Source: Octopus bimaculoides (Eukaryota). Taken from it: a stretch of 64,000 nt of DNA. A model generated the notes under the pieces. It was not told the origin of the DNA, searched no databases, and saw only the letters and a program-made list of their open reading frames with translations. The stretch is from assembly GCF_001194135.2 (NCBI RefSeq), contig NC_068993.1, positions 63,965,347-64,029,346 on the forward strand, given 5' to 3'. Shown piece by piece: positions 12,771 to 23,889 of this stretch (its first letter is position 1; each line of letters opens with the position of its first letter). Position numbers and translations under genes: made by a program.

Positions 12771-13420
12771 GTCGTTGCGCCTGCTGCTGTTGTTGGTGTT
12801 GTTGTTGCTGCTGTTACTGCTACCGTGTCGCTAATGCCACCGGTAGTGTTGTCGCTGCTGGAGTTGGCGCTGCTGCCGTTGGTGCTGGTGTTCTCATCGC
12901 TGGGGTGTTGGTACCGGTCATATTCTCGTTCCTGCGCCTGTTGCCTGTGGTGCAGTCGTTGTTGTTGCTGCCGCTGCTGGCGCTGCTGTTGCTGCTGCTG
13001 TTATTGTTGTTGTTGTCGGCGCCGCTGCTGGTGCTGCCGCTGGCGTTGCTGTTGTTATTGATGGAGTCGAGGCTGCTGGTGTTGTTGCTGGTGATGGTGG
13101 TGGTGGATGATGTGGTGGTGGCGACAGTAGTGTTATCCCCCACTGCCGGTTCTGCTGTTGTTATCGTTATAGCCAGCGATAAAACGGGATGCGTTGTCTC
13201 TGCTACTATTACTATAGTGGTCAATAGGCCTGGCATGTGGACGTCGGGGAAGCCGTTGGTAAGGCTGCTGGTGGTGGTGGTGGTGGTGGTGATGTCGCTG
13301 CTTTTGGCGATGCCGTTGCCGTTGTTGTAAGTGATGGTGCCATCCATTGTGGTGGTGGCGATGGTGGCTGTGTTCTCATGTCTACGGCCGTTATTGCTTC
13401 TGCCGGTATTAAAGGCATGT
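12770..13420 (-). other. GC-rich low-complexity Thr/Asn/Ser/Ala ORF (175 aa, 12820-13347) inside the PLE locus
   Basis: Mixed trinucleotide repeats give an open minus-strand frame directly upstream of the GIY-YIG remnant on the same strand. Confidence 0.4.
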
Positions 13421-13424
13421 CGTG

Positions 13425-13870
13425 TTAGAACCTCGGCTTGATATACGACCCCTTTGGTTTCGCAGCGGCCTACCGGGCAAGTGCTACGGATCCTGTATGA
13501 ACGACCCGCCCCTGGTAAAAGGCGTCAGCAAGAGGATTTTGGGCTTTTCTTCTAGCCAAGAAGCCTTTGATGCAGCAGCCCCGTACTGTAATGCGACCCT
13601 AGCTGCCAGGGAGTTTAGAGACCGCATCTTCTATATGCCGGAACCCAATAGCCGCAGAAGAAAGCGCCGCAGAAATACGATTTGGTTCCTCCACTCCCTT
13701 AACACAATAATTCCCGTAGGGTAGACTTTTCCTTAAAGTAATAGATAAGCATTTCACTAGTTCCCATGGGCACGGACCCCTATTCAACAGGCATAACTTT
13801 AGGTCTCGTTTAGCTGTGCCCCAACATTAAGAGAATCCTAGTTAGCGCCCCTAGGACACAGGAAGAGTAT
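13425..13870 (+). mobile_element. Penelope-like element RT thumb/linker fragment, inverted relative to 12145-12770
   Basis: LVKGVSKRILGFSSSQEAFDAAAPYCNATLAAREFRDRIFYMPEPNSRRRKRRRNTIWF...FLKVIDKHF...FNRHN...SCAPNIKRIL resembles the PLE consensus ISKRIS..SS..E.F..AAP.Y..AL..Y..RKR.R.IIWF..FL.LIDKHF..FNR..SYSC.PN.K.II (recalled). Confidence 0.75.
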
Positions 13871-13899
13871 TAACAAAATGTATGATCATAAACAAAATG

Positions 13900-15960
13900 T
13901 ATGTACAAATATAGGGAAATTTAATCTAGAATATATATAGAAGACAAAATTTCAATTGGTAATTGTAGCGATAATAAAAAAAGTTTATATATATAAAAAA
14001 AAATATTGGTTGCCAGTTTGAATAAGTAAACGTACAATTTGTATAATCTGATTTGATTGTTGGGTTTGTGAATAAGTAATCAATTCAATGGGATATAAAT
14101 AAATACTCTGTAAAAAAAAGTAGATAATAATAATGGCAAAAAATAAAGTTTAATAAATTCATGGTTTAACTGAATATTTTATATCATATATATAACATGT
14201 CAATAGATAGGATAAATGTGATATCTGTGAGTGTAAATTTAAACAAATGCGTATCAGTGGAATTCTAGAAATTAAGATCGGAGTTTATAAGTGCCAAGCA
14301 TTTATATAATCTCATATATTGCCAACACACTAAGAAGTTTTAATAAAAAAAAATGCAATTGCCGTTAATGGAAATATTCTACTGCAATTACCAAAAACCA
14401 ATTAATTGCAAAGCAGTTTGTTTGTATGTAAAATTATATTTTAATGCTATAGAATAAAACTGTGGAAGTAAATTTACTAATATACTTGACAAGTGCTTGA
14501 AGATGCGTTCATGAAAATATTTCCTATTTGGAAATGTAGGACGTTCTGAGAATGGTTTATCCGCAAAATGAAACTAATATGGGTGTATATTAAAATGTGT
14601 AGTTTAGACACATATGTTACAGACATAACACAGTTTTGTAATGATATTAAGATTAGCAACAGTTTTCACCACATTATACCATTTGTTAATCACAAACGAA
14701 ATTGCTTTATGTATCAATATATAATTTACACGCACATATATTATAGATATATTATTATCCAACAAAATATCATTTTAAGGGTTGCATATTTTCATTCATA
14801 ACTTTATATACTCCTTGGCAATAATAAAATATTTTGTACGTAATATTTAAACTTATAACCTCTTTCTTTAACACTTTCATTTTCATTTTAATCTGCATTA
14901 ATGTTACCTCAAAATTATTTATATTCAAGCATATGTGCCAATTTTCCTTTGATATCGTAGGCTTTTTACGTAGGTTTTTCACAAAATAATACCTTTGATT
15001 CCATATATACAAAATGGTTCTCACTCATCTTTTATATAATTTTCCATAATCTCATAAAAGCAATTCTATTTTATAGAAATTCTACAATGAATTATTTTAA
15101 ATATAAACTAATTGCAATATTATTTTCTTGATATTCTTTTAAATAAATCTGAATTTTCAATTCAATAATACGGAGGATTTTTACATTATAATGCTGTTCC
15201 AAAATTAAAGCACTAAAAATCTTCCCTTCCTATTTCCATATATCTATCACTAAAATAACTTTCTGTAGACATATCCATAATATTTCCTCTTGAAATCCCA
15301 CTCCGCTATTCAGATTAACTTAATTAATTAGAAATTTAAGACAAAACACATATCCTGCTAACGATATAAGTAGCCTAAATTTAAATAATCAGTAATTTCA
15401 GTGGTATCAATTTTCTTTACGTTTTCAAAGAACTAATAACTGTGGTCATGAATTAAAATCCGAGTTTACTCATGTTTTGTTCTTATATTTATTGCAAAAC
15501 ATAAATGATTTACGATGATGTTTTATGATGGCAAACAAAAATTTTATTTTTAGTGAATTAGGTGAATGAATCCATTTCTGAAATTTATTTCCATTTAATT
15601 TGCCTGCTGCCCGATACATATTTGACAACTTTTTATGAAGTTGTTGCCCTTGTAGAGTTTTATTCATTGCATCTTCATTAAATGGCATATCAAAATGATT
15701 AAATAAAGTTTATTAAATCCATCCTTTAGAATTAGATTTTCTAACTCATACCGACATAAATTTCCATACAATATATGTTTACTGTTAATTCATTTGAATT
15801 ACAATATTAACTAAATTACAAATTTTGTTGATATCATTTTATAAAACATTGTTTTATAACAAAAATTCATATATCCTTGAAACAACAATAATCCTATAAA
15901 TGTTATTGCAAAATAGCTTAGCATTAACGTTCTAAAACCGATTTTAGAGTCCTTGCGTAG
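13900..15960 (-). mobile_element. Ancient AT-rich L1-clade ORF2 remnant (RT C-terminus, thumb, Zn-knuckle, 3' UTR)
   Basis: Decayed motifs in expected order: KLFxxNI (approx. FADD region), KKLSNMYRAAGKLNGNKFQKWIHSPNSLKIKFL (thumb), GKGRF..LEQHYNVKILR, WYNVVKTVANLNIITKLCYVCNICV*TTHF (CxxC..H). By eye, with many stops. Confidence 0.45.
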
Positions 15961-15965
15961 ATATT

Positions 15966-16016
<51 letters not shown>

Positions 16017-16018
<2 letters not shown>

Positions 16019-16215
16019 TTCAGTCATTTGACTGCGGCCATGCTGGATCACTACCTCTAGTCGAAAACAAATCAACCCCAGGACTTATTCTTTGTAAGCC
16101 TAGTACTTATTATATCGGTCTCTTTGACCGAACCGCTAGATTACGGGGACGTAAACTCATCAACATCGGTTGTCAAGCGATGGTAGGAGACAAACACAGA
16201 TACACACACATACAT
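16017..16215 (-). mobile_element. SINE family B 3' half
   Basis: ttcagtcatttgactgcggccatgctgg...aggacttattctttgtaagcctagtacttatt...ggttgtcaagcgatggt. Confidence 0.9.
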
Positions 16216-16552
16216 ACCTACATATATATATATATATATATANNNNNNNNNNNNNNNNNNNNNNNNNNNNNNNNNNNNNNNNNNNNNNNNNNNNNNNNNN
16301 NNNNNNNNNNNNNNNNNNNNNNNNNNNNNNNNNNNNNNNNNNNNNNNNNNNNNNNNNNNNNNNNNNNNNNNNNNNNNNNNNNNNNNNNNNNNNNNNNNNN
16401 NNNNNNNNNNNNNNNNNNNNNNNNNNNNNNNNNNNNNNNNNNNNNNNNNNNNNNNNNNNNNNNNNNNNNNNNNNNNNNNNNNNNNNNNNNNNNNNNNNNN
16501 NNNNNNNNNNNNNNNNNNNNNNNNNNNNNNNNNNNNNNNNNNNNNNNNNNNN

Positions 16553-16740
16553 TATATATGTTGTTTTACATAATTTTTATTCCCTCCGGAATAATCTCAA
16601 TGCTTTTTCCGAAACATATGTTATAGGTATAAATGATTTGAATAACACCTGCGTTTGACACCATTTCTTAATTTATCAGTGTTATACAAAGACATTTCAC
16701 TTAACCTTGGAATTTCTACCTTTATAAGTAGACTGCAATA
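16553..16740 (-). mobile_element. L1-clade RT domain-4 remnant
   Basis: ILQSTYKGRNSKVK..NTDKLRNGVKRRCYS (approx. RGVRQGCPLS), then GIKI just before the gap. Confidence 0.4.
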
Positions 16741-16898
16741 TCCTTGGCACTTATGTGAATTTTTGCTACCCTGGTAACTATTTATTTATTCATTTTTCCT
16801 TCTTATTTGTACACATTGAAAATACACACACACACACAAGCATAATTTTTTCACACACACTGGGACACAAACATGTATGTATGCGAGAGACGCGACTG

Positions 16899-16940
<42 letters not shown>

Positions 16941-19129
16941 TATACTTACCGCTGCATCTCAAAGCAGTGGCCACCACCTATTATTTGGTACGTTAGTATA
17001 TGACAGTGACTTTAGTATGAATCTTCTCATAAGTATGTCATTTTACCATTACATGTTTTGTCAGTCGTGATATCTGCGACGTTGTTTACATGTGTAGTAA
17101 AATGCATTGATTTAAGTGTGTTACGCTGAGAACTACATACGTAACTATAACTTTGCAGGCATGTATTATATGTCTGTGTATGTATATACATTTATGTACA
17201 CACACACGCACGCGCGCGTATATATGTGTCTCATTCCTATGTGTCTCATGCCTATGTGTGCATGTATGTATGTGTCTTTGTAATTTTGTATATGTATGTG
17301 CATTTACGACTATGTTTCATCTGTTTGTAAGTTGATGAAGCAAGTCGGTAGCAAGATCTTCTTAAGAAAATTTTATAATTCTATTTGGAAACACATTCTG
17401 TTGTACATATATATACACACGCCTACACATGTATATTTTTACAGTTTTTGACTTGCGTATATAAATGCATATGCACAGTCAAAATGCTATCCACTGGACA
17501 ACACTCAACACACACACACATGAACATATATACACATCCACAATCACATTCATACACAGACACACGGACAGGGAAGGACACATATAATTACACAGAGATA
17601 CGTCCACACATACGTCTACACAAACCTCCATATACACACACATGCAAATAGAGAGAGAGAAAATACCCACCCAAATGTGATGCGGAGATCAATTGATTTG
17701 TTACAGATTAATGTTCCCTTGCGAGCTTTTGCGTGTTGTCGATGTTGCGATTGTTGTTATTGTTGTTGTTTTTGTCGTCGTCGTTGTTGTTGTTGCGGTT
17801 GTTGTTGTTGCCATCGTTGTTTTTGTTGTTCATTTTCCTCCTCCTCCTTTTCTAAATTGCTTTGATAAGGGTGATTGCTGGTGTTCTTTTACTTCAAATC
17901 AGAACTGTTATTGAAGCTAAATTCAAAAAGTGCCGCTGGCTTCAAGCTTTTCCTTTGTAGTTGTCTATTTTCACAAATTATTATCTAAAATTTTGAAGAA
18001 CAGAAGAAATAAAATATGAAAATAAAAGAAAGAACAGTACTAAATTTTATTTAGCTTCTCTTCAGGATTAGCCTCACAACTATTTTTTTTTTATTGTCAT
18101 TGTTATTTTTCCTCTCATCAGTATTTCTATCTTTTACAGCAACAACAACCACAACAGCAAAAACGTTATTCATGTGATTGAAGTTGATAAATTTAACTGG
18201 CTTTGATAAGAAACATAATATCATTAGTTAACCCAACAAGTAACATGTTTAGAAGACTTCTAAGACTGTAGAAGCAAATTCTTTAGAGAAGATGCTTAGG
18301 TGTCGTTTTATTTCTTCCCATAGGTAACAACCGTAGCTCTGGCCTATTTCTAATTAGGTGTAGATCACTTTTAATGAATAATAGCTTTGGCTATTCGAAT
18401 TAAAATACACCTTTTGAGTTTCACGTGTATGTCACAACGTCAAAGACGAGCGCCTTCGAGAGAAGGTTCTTTTCGTGATATATGCTTCAGCACACATTCG
18501 TAACCTCAAGCATCAAATACCATAGGAGTATGATTTTGGCAAAGTATATTTGCTGCCTCGCAACATCCCTGCTGTGCTACAGGTCATAGTTCAGCAATCG
18601 ATAGTGAATCTAAGAAAGATGTATTCAAAACAACTATTCAGCTTTGAAGCGATCTCTCCCGACAATCTGAAATAAAGATAGTTTGGAATTAATTCAGCAT
18701 TAGAGATACCTTTTGCTGAGAAGTGGAACAGGTTTCGTTTTAATGGCACTAAATTTTCTTTAAATAATTAAGGACTCATATATTCTTCATAATGGGCATT
18801 GGAATATTTGAAGCAGAAATTGTAGCTGATGATAGGGAAATTCTACGGGAATAAGAGTTAAGAAAGTGTTCTGAAGTGAGTTGGATGAAAATCTCCATCG
18901 ACATCAGGAGTTTCAACGGGACAAAAGAGTGACTCAGCTCTGGGGTAAGGGGCCAAAAAATCATACAAAGACACCAGCAACATAACCGAGGAAGGAGTAA
19001 AGAAATANNNNNNNNNNNNNNNNNNNNNNNNNNNNNNNNNNNNNNNNNNNNNNNNNNNNNNNNNNNNNNNNNNNNNNNNNNTATATATATATATATATAT
19101 ATGTTTTTCTTTGACATTTATGAAATGTC

Positions 19130-19600
19130 TTTGGAACGTTTAATTTTGTGTGCGCGGGTTGCGAATGTATATAAACGCTTGACTACCAAAGGTGGGATTG
19201 AATTGTTTCCCTTTAATGATATATATCAAACCGAACTTGAATATATACTACAACAAATGAAACAGATCATGAGATAAAATGGTTAATTAAATACATTAAA
19301 AAAAATCTACATTTTTCTTGTATTTTATTTAGCTAATTTATCATGTAATAAAACATGCCAAAATTATAAATATTTGTTTTAATATCCGTCAGCTTTTACA
19401 TATTATTGGAAAAGAGGTTTCCGAATGATAAATGATGTTTATTAGTGTTTTTCTTGTTCAGGATATGTTTGATATTTAATATTTTATTGTACAATTATGA
19501 CAGTATATATTTTATCAATAATTTGTGATTTTGGAACATTTAAATGGATGTTTGATGTACCGACTTTCGGTTTTCAGTGAGACTTCGGAAAGAATTGTTC
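19130..19600 (-). mobile_element. L1-clade RT domains 1-3 remnant
   Basis: LYNKILNIKHIL..FGNLFSNNM*KLTDI..LSHDLFHLL*YIFKFGL resembles RL..IL..GR.I.DNI..L.DI..VSH.FL..VL..FGF. Confidence 0.35.
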
Positions 19601-19721
19601 TTACAAGACAAATATCGCAATCGATATGCAAAATTTAAGAAAGAATATTGTTCTACAAAGGGTAAGACTGATGATCATATTTTTGTACATATATACATAC
19701 ATACATACATACATACATACA

Positions 19722-20815
19722 TGATGGTCGTCCACTCGTGACCGAGGAAGACCATTGCCGACCTTCAGGAACATTGTGCGCTCTAGGACTAACTTATATT
19801 TTGCATTTGCGGCTCCGTTGGTGGCTAATGAGCCCAGCTCTTGACAAGCAACATTACAGACCAAGCTTACCCCATTCACTATACGAGCCGTACGTTTTCG
19901 CACAGCTCGCTTAAGTTCTTCATGCTGGATACGTGCTCTATCTGTGGCGATGACAGGCATTGTTATCCCAGTCAGTGTCCTGCATATCACAGGCCTTTAA
20001 TAAAGACTTGACACAGTCCTTAAATCGCAGCCTTGGTTTCTTCCGGAGTCTCCTTCCATTCACAAGTTCTCCATATAGCATCTGCTTAGAAATCCTGCTA
20101 TCCTTCAATCTAATAAGGTGTCCAGTCCAGCCTAACCGGTGCTTGTGCACCATCGCCTCAATACTCAAGATATCAGCTGTCCTCAGAACCTGTGTGTCTG
20201 GAATTTTTGAGGTCCAGCCAACATTGAGAATGTGCCTGAGACATCTCTGATGAAAGCGTTCAAGGACCCTTACCTGACGTTTGTACAGAGTCCATGTCTC
20301 ACATGAGTAGAGGAGCGATATCAGTACACATGCANNNNNNNNNNNNNNNNNNNNNNNNNNNNNNNNNNNNNNNNNNNNNNNCCAGACACGAGACTGAAGA
20401 GACCGGAAGGAATTAGTTGCTCTCTGCAACCTGAAAGATATTTCCTCATCCAGGGAGCAAGAACGGCTGAGTGTGCTGCCCAGGTAGACAAACTTGTCTA
20501 CTACCTTCAGAATTGTTCCTTCAACCAAGATAGCTGGTTTCACATATGGATTTCCTGGTGCAGGCTGGAACATTACAACAGTCTTGTCCAGTGTAATGCT
20601 AAGTCCAAATGCCTTGCAAGAAGCAGAAATGCAATTCATGAGTATTTGCATGTCATCCACTGTATGAGTGACTAAGTCACAGTCATCTGCATAAAGGAGG
20701 TCACGAATAATAGACTGGAGAACCTTTGAATTGGCAGCAAATCGGCGAAGATTAAAGAGGCGGCCAGAAGATCGATATCTGACATATATTCGATATCTGA
20801 CATATGTAAGGTCAC
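19722..20815 (-). mobile_element. RTE-clade (BovB-like) LINE, 3' part of RT with (ATGT)n tail
   Basis: GRLFNLRRFAANSKVLQSIIRDLLYADDCDLVTH, KFVYLGSTLSR, LLYSCETWT, RFHQRCLRHIL, KQMLYGEL..G.R..KPRLRFKD; tandem-repeat tail at about 19690-19722. Confidence 0.92.
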
Positions 20816-20819
20816 GTGT

Positions 20820-21360
20820 GAGGCTCTCATAAGTGCTACTGGTAACATGTAATCCAGTACAACCTCTTACATGGTCCGGTTGCCGGCGACTAAATTGGCA
20901 CCCCCACCAGGCTACCCTGGTGAGGAGGGTTGCTAGAAACTCAGCAGGATTAAAAACGAGACCTGTTGAAAGCTCGGATGGACTTGGTGCAGGCTCAACG
21001 GATATCTAGCAATAGCATAGGTACGCAGAAATTCCGAGATGGTGTCCGGCGTGCTGAAAGACCACTGGGAGTGAGGTGCCCCTCAGCTTTTGTTGTAGCA
21101 TGTCTCTAGGAGAAGGTCACTCTGATATGAAACCAAATACGCAGGGAATGGCATTGGAGATTTTGGGGGATCTTTGGTTTGTGCTAGAGATCACGGCGCT
21201 GCCACATCCCTGAGCTTGCGACCCATATTGGCATCAGACATCTCACTCTCACTTGTCTCTGGATAATGTCAATAAAGTAGAGAGGGTCTATGAGGTGTCG
21301 TGCAAGCCTTATTAGACCTAAAACTCAGCACAGGCATTGCCGACCTGTGCTCACATGTGC
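20820..21360 (+). mobile_element. Probable RTE 5' UTR segment in opposite orientation
   Basis: GC-rich, ORF-free segment with motifs recalled from RTE 5' UTRs (ggctaccctggtgaggaggg, taaaaacgagacctg, taggagaaggtcactctgatatgaaacc), abutting the RT fragment. Confidence 0.5.
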
Positions 21361-21364
21361 GTTT

Positions 21365-22000
21365 TTTTTTAGAACCCCATTCTTTTGTAGTATAACGATA
21401 AACAATTTACAAATGCAAACAGTCCGATACATCGGACCTACAAAAATAGCAAGAAATTTAGCTAACTAAAGTTCATTTACTACTTCATTCAATATTAACA
21501 TTTAAATCGCATTGATCAAGTCTTTTCCGACTCTCTTTGATAGACTTAGGAAAACTGAGAGAGTAGTTAGATGGCTTACCAATTTTTTCATTAAATTTGT
21601 TATAATAAATCCTACGGTTTTTGGATATTTTGGTTTCAAAATAATGAAATGAAAATTTTTTGTAACCTAAAAATAAAAATAGATTCCTGCTTCATTCAAT
21701 CTTCACAGAAGTCTTTTTTAACTTTTTCATTATGATGATGTATGTTGAGTCTTTTATGTCAATCTTAAATTATATGTCTATGCTAACATTCTTGAATGTT
21801 TTAAGATTGAAAAGCGGTTTTATGTCTGTGAGAATGTTTATGATTTAAGACGGCAAGTAGATTATTTAAATCATCGTAACATTTATCATTCCAAATAGCT
21901 TCTTCTAAAATAACTTATTCAGCTTAGCATTTTCAGTTAATAAATTTTTTCGCATATAAAATGGTTTAAAGTGTCTACTACATTTCTTGCTAGAATTTAG
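21365..22000 (-). mobile_element. L1-clade EN-RT linker remnant
   Basis: KLNKLF (approx. WKLN), RIYYNKFNEK (approx. FY..LF), KSIKESRKRLDQCDLNVN..EVVNEL*LAK (approx. L...I...EV..AI..L...KSPG). Confidence 0.35.
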
Positions 22001-22182
22001 TAAATTCGGAAGTTTCGCCATTGATTAAGCATAGCAGAGCAGATGACTGTTTCTCTTCGAAGCTGTTTCTCTTGCAGTTAGTTGAGCTTGTTTCACGAAA
22101 GATACTTCAGAAATGAATAAAAGTGGCAATGTTTTAATGTGCTGTATGTGTGTTTGAATACATACATATATGTGTGTATGTA

Positions 22183-22236
<54 letters not shown>

Positions 22237-22237
<1 letters not shown>

Positions 22238-22358
22238 ATAAGGGCATTACTAGACAATAACGCCTCACGCCATGAGGGACTCTAAGGTCAAACTACTATA
22301 AAAAGCACATTTTTACCGAATGCGAGGAAATGCGTTATTGTATAGTAATGCCCTTATA
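22237..22358. mobile_element. Small MITE with 27-bp TIRs in TA context
   Basis: tataagggcattactagacaataacgc (22237-22263) vs gcgttattgtatagtaatgcccttata (22332-22358); 26/27 match. Confidence 0.8.
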
Positions 22359-22665
22359 TAAATATAAAAATATATATTTCGAGAATAAATGATGGATTTT
22401 TTTTCCCTTATGAGGTTTTTTCACGCTAGCTACTTGATAAAATCTTGTAAAAGAATTCGTCCTATTATTGAATTTAAATATATTACCAGAATATATTCAG
22501 TGCTGAATTTATTCTGAGTAAGAAGCATATTTACCGAGATGCAATTCAAAATTCCCGCCACTTACATAGGGAAATAGCGATGAACAGTCGTCTATATGCT
22601 ATGCTGGATACACGGTGTTCGTTTGGTATGTTGATTCACTGTTTATTTCTATTTTTCTTGACCAT

Positions 22666-22726
22666 ATTATACTGACGAGTAGAAGTTGTATAATACTACA
22701 ATAACTACGAAATCATGATCAATAAT
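22666..22726 (+). ncRNA. Minimal type-I hammerhead ribozyme (PLE-type), catalytic core intact
   Basis: attata|CTGACGA|gtag..ttgta taatac tacaa..ctac|GAAA|tcatga|TC|aataat. Stem II is gtag/ctac plus ttgta/tacaa; stem III is the palindrome TCATGA; cleavage triplet AUC at 22718-22720; stem I has 5 bp with an A.A mismatch at the first pair. Folded by eye. Confidence 0.75.
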
Positions 22727-23390
22727 TTAGTCCNNNNNNNNNNNNNNNNNNNNNNNNNNNNNNNNNNNNNNNNNNNNNNNNNNNNNNNNNNNNNNNNNNN
22801 NNNNNNNNNNNNNNNNNNNNNNNNNNNNNNNNNNNNNNNNNNNNNNNNNNNNNNNNNNNNNNNNNNNNNNNNNNNNNNNNNNNNNNNNNNNNNNNNNNNN
22901 NNNNNNNNNNNNNNNNNNNNNNNNNNNNNNNNNNNNNNNNNNNNNNNNNNNNNNNNNNNNNNNNNNNNNNNNNNNNNNNNNNNNNNNNNNNNNNNNNNNN
23001 NNNNNNNNNNNNNNNNNNNNNNNNNNNNNNNNNNNNNNNNNNNNNNNNNNNNNNNNNNNNNNNNNNNNNNNNNNNNNNNNNNNNNNNNNNNNNNNNNNNN
23101 NNNNNNNNNNNNNNNNNNNNNNNNNNNNNNNNNNNNNNNNNNTATATATATATATATATATATGTATGTATTGAGGTCATGAGAAGTAATGGTGTCAAGA
23201 AGACCCAAAGGTGTCAGGTAATGCTGAGTAAGTGCTATCGACAGACTATAGTTAAGCTCCAGGTTCAGTGATTATGCGAATGAGGAGTCCAACGTAGGTC
23301 ATATATTAGCATGCATATATACATAAGAATTAACAGAATGAGATAAAAATCCAAGGCTGTGAAAGATTTCAGAACATTTCTAAGGAGAAG

Positions 23391-23437
23391 GTCTTACAGC
23401 TGTTTCGGGATATTTTATATATCCCTTCATCGGAGAC
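23391..23437 (-). ncRNA. Minimal type-I hammerhead-like motif (left arm of foldback)
   Basis: Reverse complement reads gtct|CCGATGA|a gggatat ataaa atatccc|GAAA|cagctg|TA|agac. Stem I gtct/agac, palindromic stem III CAGCTG, U4>C variant, unpaired A before stem II. Confidence 0.65.
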
Positions 23438-23730
23438 GGTGTGAGAAAATGGTTACACAATTGTTATTCTAGATAAGATATGAAATAGAGAATGAAGTGG
23501 AGGAAAGAAAATAGACGTGAAATATGCAGGGATATTCTATCTGCAGTTCAATTATTTAGGCAATATGGTATACATATTAGATTCATGTACCTTATATGTA
23601 TACCATTCTGCCTAAATAATGGAACTGCAGATACAATATCCCTGCATATCTCACGTCTATTTTCATTCTTCCACTTCACTCTATTTCATATCTTATCTAG
23701 AATAACGATTGCTTAACCATTTCTCATACC

Positions 23731-23778
23731 GTCTCCGATGAAGGGATATATATAATATCCCGGAAACAGCTGTAAGAC
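23731..23778 (+). ncRNA. Minimal type-I hammerhead-like motif (right arm of foldback)
   Basis: gtct|CCGATGA|a gggatat atata atatccc g|GAAA|cagctg|TA|agac. GUA cleavage after 23774, U4>C, A.G mismatch at the base of stem II. Confidence 0.65.
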
Positions 23779-23818
23779 CTTCTCTTTATAAATGTTCTGA
23801 AATCTTTCACAGCTTTTA

Positions 23819-23884
<66 letters not shown>

Positions 23885-23889
23885 CCTTG

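Larger units (their letters stand above)
23353..23815. repeat. Long inverted repeat (foldback) of a PLE-like 3' end; arms about 225 bp, spacer 16 nt
   Basis: 23353-23577 is the reverse complement of 23594-23815 (about 90% identity by eye), e.g. gctgtgaaagatttcagaacattt vs aaatgttctgaaatctttcacagc. Confidence 0.9.

Noticed and set aside
14200-14320. DKCDICECKF as a possible Polinton polB/endonuclease VII motif
   Set aside because: The following DHCH/H..CN motifs are absent; the opposite strand fits decayed L1 better.
16590-16650. gaaacatatgt...atttgaataacac, similar to the tail of the 24464 hammerhead
   Set aside because: No CUGAnGA core upstream, and the region reads plausibly as L1 RT on the other strand; unresolved, not called.
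17690-17950. Poly-Q/N-like minus-strand frame
   Set aside because: Interrupted by stops; explained by a degenerate (GTT)n tract.
18820-18855. ctgatgatagggaaa motif
   Set aside because: No room for stem II; chance match.
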